This document shows positions 58,226 through 64,000 of a DNA stretch of 64,000 nt, in pieces. Numbering within the stretch: the first letter of the stretch is position 1; every line of letters begins with the position of its first letter. Made by a program: the position numbers and the translations under genes. This DNA is from Collinsella aerofaciens (GTDB taxonomy: Bacteria > Actinomycetota > Coriobacteriia > Coriobacteriales > Coriobacteriaceae): NCBI GenBank assembly GCA_048503295.1, contig DBFRVO010000024.1, forward strand, positions 2,511-66,510. Reading direction: 5' to 3'. The notes under the pieces are model-generated. The model was not told the DNA's origin. It did not search any database and saw only the letters and a list, made by a program, of their open reading frames with translations.

Positions 58226-58419
58226 CTTTGCAGTCAGCTTCTGAAGCATGAGAAGCGTCCAAACGTCAAGATATTTTCCCCAACGGGTCGATTCCGTAGG
58301 GCAAACGGTCAAAAAAAGTCTGTTTGGACGATATTCGTGAACAAACGAACGTTTATGCTCGGATACGCCGTGGTAAAATCACAGGCGTTATCGGAGCAAC
58401 CTTACAGGAGGTTTCTTTT

Positions 58420-59286
58420 ATGCTCGTCAACGCAGCAGACATGCTCAAGAAGGCCGAGGCCGGCAAGTACGGTCTCGGTGCCTTCAACACCAACAACCTC
58501 GAGTGGACCCTGGCTATTCTCCAGGCCGCCGAGGAGGCCAAGTCTCCGCTGATCCTTCAGTGCACCGCTGGTGCCGCTAAGTGGATGGGCGGTTTCAAGG
58601 TCTGCGCCGACATGGTCAAGGCTGCCGTCGAGGCCACGGGCGTTACCGTTCCCGTCGCCCTTCACCTCGATCACGGTTCTTACGAGGACTGCTTCAAGTG
58701 CATCGAGGCCGGCTTCACGTCCATCATGTATGACGGTTCTCACGAGGAGACCTTCCAGCTTAACCTTGACCGCACCAAGGAGCTCGTTGAGCTTGCCCAC
58801 TCCAAGGGCATGTCCATCGAGGCCGAGGTCGGCGGCATCGGCGGCACCGAGGACGGCGTGACCTCCAGCGGCGAGCTCGCTGATCCTGCTGAGTGCAAGC
58901 AGATCGCTGACCTGGGCGTCGACTTCCTCGCCTGCGGCATCGGCAACATCCACGGCGTGTACCCCGCCGACTGGGCTGGCCTTTCCTTCGAGCGCCTGGG
59001 CGAGATCAAGGCCCAGACCGGTGACCTGCCCCTCGTCCTGCACGGTGGCACCGGCATCCCCGAGGATCAGATCAAGAAGGCCATTTCCCTGGGCATCTCC
59101 AAGATCAACGTCAACACCGACCTGCAGCTCGTCTTCGCCAAGGGCGTCCGCGAGTACATCGAGGCTGGCAAGGATCAGCAGGGCAAGGGCTTTGACCCCC
59201 GCAAGCTCCTCAAGCCTGGTCGCGACAACATCGTTGCTCGCACCAAGGAGCTCATGGAGGAGTTTGGCTCCGTCAACAAGGCGTAA
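58420..59286 (+). CDS. fba: Class II fructose-1,6-bisphosphate aldolase
   Basis: HLDHG, GNIHG, VLHGGTG and KINVNT motifs; strong codon bias. Confidence 0.96.
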   Translation: MLVNAADMLKKAEAGKYGLGAFNTNNLEWTLAILQAAEEAKSPLILQCTAGAAKWMGGFKVCADMVKAAVEATGVTVPVALHLDHGSYEDCFKCIEAGFTSIMYDGSHEETFQLNLDRTKELVELAHSKGMSIEAEVGGIGGTEDGVTSSGELADPAECKQIADLGVDFLACGIGNIHGVYPADWAGLSFERLGEIKAQTGDLPLVLHGGTGIPEDQIKKAISLGISKINVNTDLQLVFAKGVREYIEAGKDQQGKGFDPRKLLKPGRDNIVARTKELMEEFGSVNKA

Positions 59287-59306
59287 GCGTCGCTAAACTT
59301 CCCGCC

Positions 59307-59520
59307 GGAAGCCCCGTCTCCCTACACTGTTTCCTTTGCGCTCACCTGGCTTCGCTAGAAGTCGCGCCAAGGAAACAGTTCCGGGGGACGGGGCTTCCTT
59401 CGTTTACCGCCGCAGGGTTACGAGTCTGAATTAAGAGGGCTACTGGCTTTGCCAGAAGTCACGCAATGGGAAAAGCTCCGGGTGAACGGGGCCTCCTTCG
59501 TTAACTCGCTACAGGGTTAC
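59307..59520. repeat. REP-like nested hairpin (59307-59398) followed by a degenerate tandem copy of its right part
   Basis: GGAAGCCCCGTCTCCC/GGGGGACGGGGCTTCC outer stem and ACTGTTTCCTT/AAGGAAACAGT inner stem. 59341-59420 is repeated at ~59440-59520. Confidence 0.7.
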
Positions 59521-59560
59521 TGGGCTGACTTCATTTTTATAGGTACCGTTTATCGGTATT

Positions 59561-59590
59561 GAAAGCCCCTTTGTTGGGGCTTTCTTTTTT
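59561..59590 (+). terminator. Intrinsic terminator downstream of fba
   Basis: GAAAGCCCC-tttgtt-GGGGCTTTC-TTTTTT. Confidence 0.85.
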
Positions 59591-59637
59591 ATCTCGCTAC
59601 AATGGGCTTCGAGAGTTCTAATGACTTGGAGTTTGGT

Positions 59638-61071
59638 ATGGCTGTTATTGATGTGCTGCCTTCGGATGGGAAGGTTATTGACGAGGGTCCTGTTGGTTGC
59701 TCTGTTGATGTTTGCTGCGATGACTTTCGCCATCTCGATATTGGACTGCCGCCCGAGATTCTTCGTCTTAAGGATGCCGGGTATTTGACGCAGGCTGTTG
59801 CCGCCTGCGATCGCCTTTTGGAGCAGAACCCTGAGCCTTCGCTGGCTGCCTGCGTTCGCGCCGAGCGGTATCGCATGATCGAGACGCCGCTTTATTTTTC
59901 GGTGTCGCGTGATCGGGCTATCGAGATGATCCGCGAGGAGTGGCCTGAGTTTACCGAAGAGCAGTTTGACGACCTGATCGATCGCAAACGTATTGACTGG
60001 CGCTTTATCGATGGTCAGCTGTTCGTTCTCGATAACTTCCTTGATTCTTTGCGCGTGTATCCCAAGGAGGTTCCGGGTCTGCGTCCCGATTCTGCGGATG
60101 GAATTGCGCTGCGCAACCAGATGCTCGAGGAGATGGAGTCGCAGGGCGGGCTGTCTCGCACCATTACGCTTAAGGCATGCGTGTCTGTCCCCGGTGCTTT
60201 GGAGGGGGAGACCGTTCGCGCGTGGCTTCCCATTGCCGCCGCCTGCCGCCAGCAGTCTCAGGTCGAGATGCTTGATATGACGCCGGAGGGGGTCGTTGCT
60301 CCCGCAAACGCCTCGGCGCGCACTGCCTCGTGGGTCTCCTCGACCGATCGCTCATTCTCGGTGACCTATCGCTATCACATCGATGCCGCCTATTGCGATA
60401 TCTATGGTGGCGCGCTCCCATCGCATCCCTGTATGGACGCGCCTCTGCCCGAGGAGACTTCCGAGGACCGTCCGCACATTGCGTTTACGCCGTACCTGCG
60501 ACAGCTGACGGAGCGTGTTATTGACGGGCTCGAGGATCCGCTCGATCGCGCTCGTGCTATCTATGATTATCTGACACAGCATATCGACTATCGCTATCAG
60601 CCACCGTACCTGCTTTTGGGATCTATTGCCGATGACTGTGCACACTTGCTCCGCGGTGATTGTGGCGTTATGGCACTTACGTTTATCACCATGTGCCGCA
60701 TCGCGGGTGTGCCCGCCCGTTGGCAGAGCGGCCTGTATGTTGCGCCCGATTCGGTGGGGCCGCACGATTGGGCTGAGTTCTATACGCCACAGACCGGTTG
60801 GCTTAACGCCGACGTATCGTTTGGCTCCTCGGCGCGCAGGATGGGGGAGGAGTGGCGTCGTCGTCACTACTTTGGCAATCTCGACCCGTGGCGTATGGTG
60901 GCCAACGATCGATTCCAGGCCGAGTTTGTGCCCGCTTTCGATGGCATGCGTGAGGATCCCTATGACAATCAGATGGGCGAAGTCTTGGTTAACGGACGCG
61001 GGTGCCGCCAGCGCGAGATGCTCCGTTCGGTCGAACTCATCGAAATGTTCGAAGTTCCATTTTCGGACTAA
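59638..61071 (+). CDS. Transglutaminase-like domain protein
   Basis: GDCG, CR.AGVPAR, HDWAEFY and W..AD (Cys-His-Asp triad). Start chosen from GGAG SD downstream of TACAAT. Confidence 0.85.
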   Translation: MAVIDVLPSDGKVIDEGPVGCSVDVCCDDFRHLDIGLPPEILRLKDAGYLTQAVAACDRLLEQNPEPSLAACVRAERYRMIETPLYFSVSRDRAIEMIREEWPEFTEEQFDDLIDRKRIDWRFIDGQLFVLDNFLDSLRVYPKEVPGLRPDSADGIALRNQMLEEMESQGGLSRTITLKACVSVPGALEGETVRAWLPIAAACRQQSQVEMLDMTPEGVVAPANASARTASWVSSTDRSFSVTYRYHIDAAYCDIYGGALPSHPCMDAPLPEETSEDRPHIAFTPYLRQLTERVIDGLEDPLDRARAIYDYLTQHIDYRYQPPYLLLGSIADDCAHLLRGDCGVMALTFITMCRIAGVPARWQSGLYVAPDSVGPHDWAEFYTPQTGWLNADVSFGSSARRMGEEWRRRHYFGNLDPWRMVANDRFQAEFVPAFDGMREDPYDNQMGEVLVNGRGCRQREMLRSVELIEMFEVPFSD

Positions 61072-61110
61072 TCGGTAGAAAGCTGTGATAAACTAACTCA
61101 CGCATTACGT

Positions 61111-61197
61111 GCCCGAGTGGCGGAATTGGCAGACGCAGTGGACTCAAAATCCACCGTTGGCAACAACGTGCGAGTTCGAGTCTCGCCTCGGGCACCA
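61111..61197 (+). tRNA. tRNA-Leu(CAA)
   Basis: GCCCGAG acceptor, GTGGA-CTCAAAA-TCCAC anticodon arm, long variable arm, GTTCGAG and encoded CCA. Confidence 0.96.
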
Positions 61198-61426
61198 TAC
61201 ATGCAAGTGAGCGTTCAAGGGGGTTGCGGCCCCCTTTTTCGTGCCGAACTCGCGTGAGCGCGCGAAGCGTTATGCAAACAGGCCTGCGGCCTGTTTGTAG
61301 CGGAGCGTGGCGAGGGCGCCGCGCGTCCGAAGCCCGGGGCTTCGCGAAGCGAAGGCCCTTCGAGTCTCGCCTCGGGCACCATACATGCAAGCGAGCGTTC
61401 AAGGGGGTCAAGGCCCCTTTTTCGTG
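61175..61426 (+). repeat. Direct repeat (~68 bp, period 184) of the tRNA 3' end plus terminator
   Basis: TTCGAGTCTCGCCTCGGGCACCATACATGCAAG.GAGCGTTCAAGGGGGT...GGCCCC.TTTTTCGTG at 61175-61243 and 61359-61426. Confidence 0.9.
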
Positions 61427-61490
61427 TACGTAATGTGATAACGCGCTGTACGTGTTATTATTCGCAAGGCGTTGTTCCCGCAATGCCCTA

Positions 61491-61625
61491 AAGAGGAACC
61501 CGAGGGTTCCCACCTTTTGGCGCCAATGAGCAGCTGACTGGTCATACAACTTAGATTCCCTTCCTCAAATCGAGGAAGCCTATGTGTACGACCTAGTTGC
61601 TGAGAAGCGCCGGGTTATTTTTTTA
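61491..61625 (+). promoter_or_regulatory. Putative L20 leader of infC-rpmI-rplT
   Basis: AGAGGAACCC-GA-GGGTTCCCACCT resembles the recalled L20-leader 5' motif. Correct genomic position; ends in a T run. Confidence 0.55.
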
Positions 61626-61643
61626 TGAATGGAGGTAGGGAAA

Positions 61644-62198
61644 ATAGCTAAGTCTGATGACACCCGCATCAACGACGAGATCACTGCATCTTCGTGCCGT
61701 TTGATTGGCGTCGATGGCTCTCAGCTCGGCCTGTTCGCCATCCGCGATGCCCAGCGCGTCGCCGACGATCAGGGTCTCGACCTGGTCGAGATCGCTCCCA
61801 ACGCGGAGCCGCCGGTCTGCAAGGTCATGGACTACGGTAAGTTCAAGTACCAGCAGGCCATGAAGGCCAAGGCTGCTCGTAAGAACCAGTCCAAGGTCGA
61901 GGTCAAGGAAATGAAGTTCCGACCCAAGATCGACGTTGGCGACTACGAGACCAAGAAGGGCCACGTTCTGCGTTTCCTCAAGAAGGGCGCACGCGTTAAG
62001 ATCACCATCATGTTCCGCGGCCGTGAGATGGCTCACCCGGAGCAGGGCCTTAACGTTCTCGAGCGTCTCGCCGAGGATCTCAAGCCTTACGCTACGGTCG
62101 AGTCCAAGCCTAAGATGGAAGGCCGTAACATGCTTATGCTGCTCGCCCCGATTAAGGGCGCCTTCGATGAGGATAAAGCGGCAAGCGATACCAAGTAA
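61644..62198 (+). CDS. infC: Translation initiation factor IF-3 (probable ATA start)
   Basis: RINDEI, LDLVEI.P.A.PPVCK.MDYGK and FRGRE motifs. GGAGGT SD 7 nt before ATA. Confidence 0.95.
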   Translation: MAKSDDTRINDEITASSCRLIGVDGSQLGLFAIRDAQRVADDQGLDLVEIAPNAEPPVCKVMDYGKFKYQQAMKAKAARKNQSKVEVKEMKFRPKIDVGDYETKKGHVLRFLKKGARVKITIMFRGREMAHPEQGLNVLERLAEDLKPYATVESKPKMEGRNMLMLLAPIKGAFDEDKAASDTK

Positions 62199-62230
62199 CT
62201 AGTGTTCTGTAACCGATTAAGGAGTATTTC

Positions 62231-62422
62231 ATGCCTAAGATGAAGTCCCACAGCGGCACCAAGAAGCGTTTCCGCAAGACTGGTACCGGCAAGCTTATGC
62301 GCGCCAAGGCTTTCAAGAGCCACATCCTGAGCAAGAAGTCCACCAAGCGTAAGCGTGGCTTCCGTCAGGAGACCGAGATCGCCGCTGCCGACCGCAAGGT
62401 CATCAAGTCGCGTCTCGCCTAA
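62231..62422 (+). CDS. rpmI: 50S ribosomal protein L35
   Basis: [21 protein letters not shown]. Confidence 0.97.
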   Translation: MPKMKSHSGTKKRFRKTGTGKLMRAKAFKSHILSKKSTKRKRGFRQETEIAAADRKVIKSRLA

Positions 62423-62468
62423 GTTCGAGTTCCCGTTTTTCGTTTTACCGTCTAGGAGTTGATAGAAC

Positions 62469-62828
62469 ATGGCACGTATTAAGCGCGCTGTTGCCGCCAA
62501 GAAGAAGCGCCGTACCGTTATGCACCGTGCGAAGGGTTACTACGGTGCCGCTTCGCGTACTTACAAGCATGCAAAAGAGCAGGTCCAGCACTCCCTGCAG
62601 TATCAGTATCGTGATCGTCGCAACAAGAAGCGCGAGATTCGTTCTCTCTGGATCACCCGTATCAACGCTGCTGCTCGCCTGAACGACATCTCTTACTCTC
62701 AGTTCATGCACGGCCTGAAGGTTGCCGGCATCGAGCTCGACCGCAAGGTCCTGGCTCAGATGGCTTACGAGGACATCGAGTCCTTCAACGAGCTGGCTAC
62801 CATCGCCAAGAAGGCTCTCGAGGCCTAA
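62469..62828 (+). CDS. rplT: 50S ribosomal protein L20
   Basis: MARIKR, AKGYYG, RSLWITRINAA and LDRKVLA motifs. Confidence 0.97.
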   Translation: MARIKRAVAAKKKRRTVMHRAKGYYGAASRTYKHAKEQVQHSLQYQYRDRRNKKREIRSLWITRINAAARLNDISYSQFMHGLKVAGIELDRKVLAQMAYEDIESFNELATIAKKALEA

Positions 62829-62848
62829 TAGATTCTCTTGAATCGCTA

Positions 62849-62885
62849 GGGGAGTGTCGCGTTGTGCGCGGCGCTCCCTCTTTTT
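62849..62885 (+). terminator. rplT terminator
   Basis: GGGAGTGTCGC/GCGGCGCTCCC stem followed by a T tract. Confidence 0.75.
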
Positions 62886-63364
62886 ATCTGAAGCGCGGTT
62901 TACATTGCTAAAAGCGCGGGTAGATAAACACTTACAGGTGACCGATCTCTATATATTCCTGAACCAAAGGGTCATCATCTGATACGTGCAGTATTTCTGC
63001 ACCAGCCTTTCTATGACTTATATAGGAAGCAATATATTGTGTAGGACTTGTGAAGAGTGGAATTGACGTCCCACAGGGCTTCGCGGTCTGGCAATATATC
63101 TCCTTGCCGCGCGGCCCGGTGGAACCGGATCAGCCGCGCAGGCGTGCACCTTGAGAACCGGATACTGCGAGGATGGACACATTGAGTGTCGCATCCGGGC
63201 AGACATCGAACCATTTGAAATGGTCTAACTTGGATTTGTTTTTCGCAAGGCCGCCGAGAGGCGGCCCCGAGAAATTCCTTTTCCTATACTAGAACCATAT
63301 GAATCGAACGGAACCGATCAGCGTAACAGTTGTGAGGACCGGACGGGCTCGAAGCCCATATATT

Positions 63365-64000
<636 letters not shown>

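Noticed and set aside
63061..63100. rrn promoter from TTGACG plus CAATAT
   Set aside because: The hexamers are ~23 bp apart, so exact promoter elements could not be assigned.

Overview
High-GC chromosomal window from a Coriobacteriia gut bacterium. The partial 16S at the right end reads as Collinsella (C. aerofaciens-like). Most of it is housekeeping: ADH/ALDH, trmB, purL, hom, a liv-type ABC operon, recJ-helicase, relA/spoT, fba, tRNA-Leu(CAA), infC-rpmI-rplT and the rrn start. The less ordinary content is: (1) a bacterial Elp3 within 2 kb of a Trm9/ALKBH8-like methyltransferase and trmB, suggesting a eukaryote/archaeon-style cm5U->mcm5U wobble-uridine pathway; (2) a type I toxin-antitoxin locus missed by the ORF track (27-aa membrane peptide, SD-sequestering hairpin, convergent antisense RNA with its own promoter and terminator) behind a LexA-like box; (3) a Shango-like TerB/ATPase/Lhr-helicase defence operon with a LexA-like box at its promoter; (4) a five-gene WxL/Csc-like cell-surface cluster; (5) a 62-bp-period array of six palindromic units and other REP-like elements; (6) an FAD oxidoreductase-EtfBA operon, a probable bile-acid 3alpha-HSDH, a doubly deleted livJ remnant and a duplicated tRNA 3' end. 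All family calls come from recognising motifs by eye and from memory; no database search was run.
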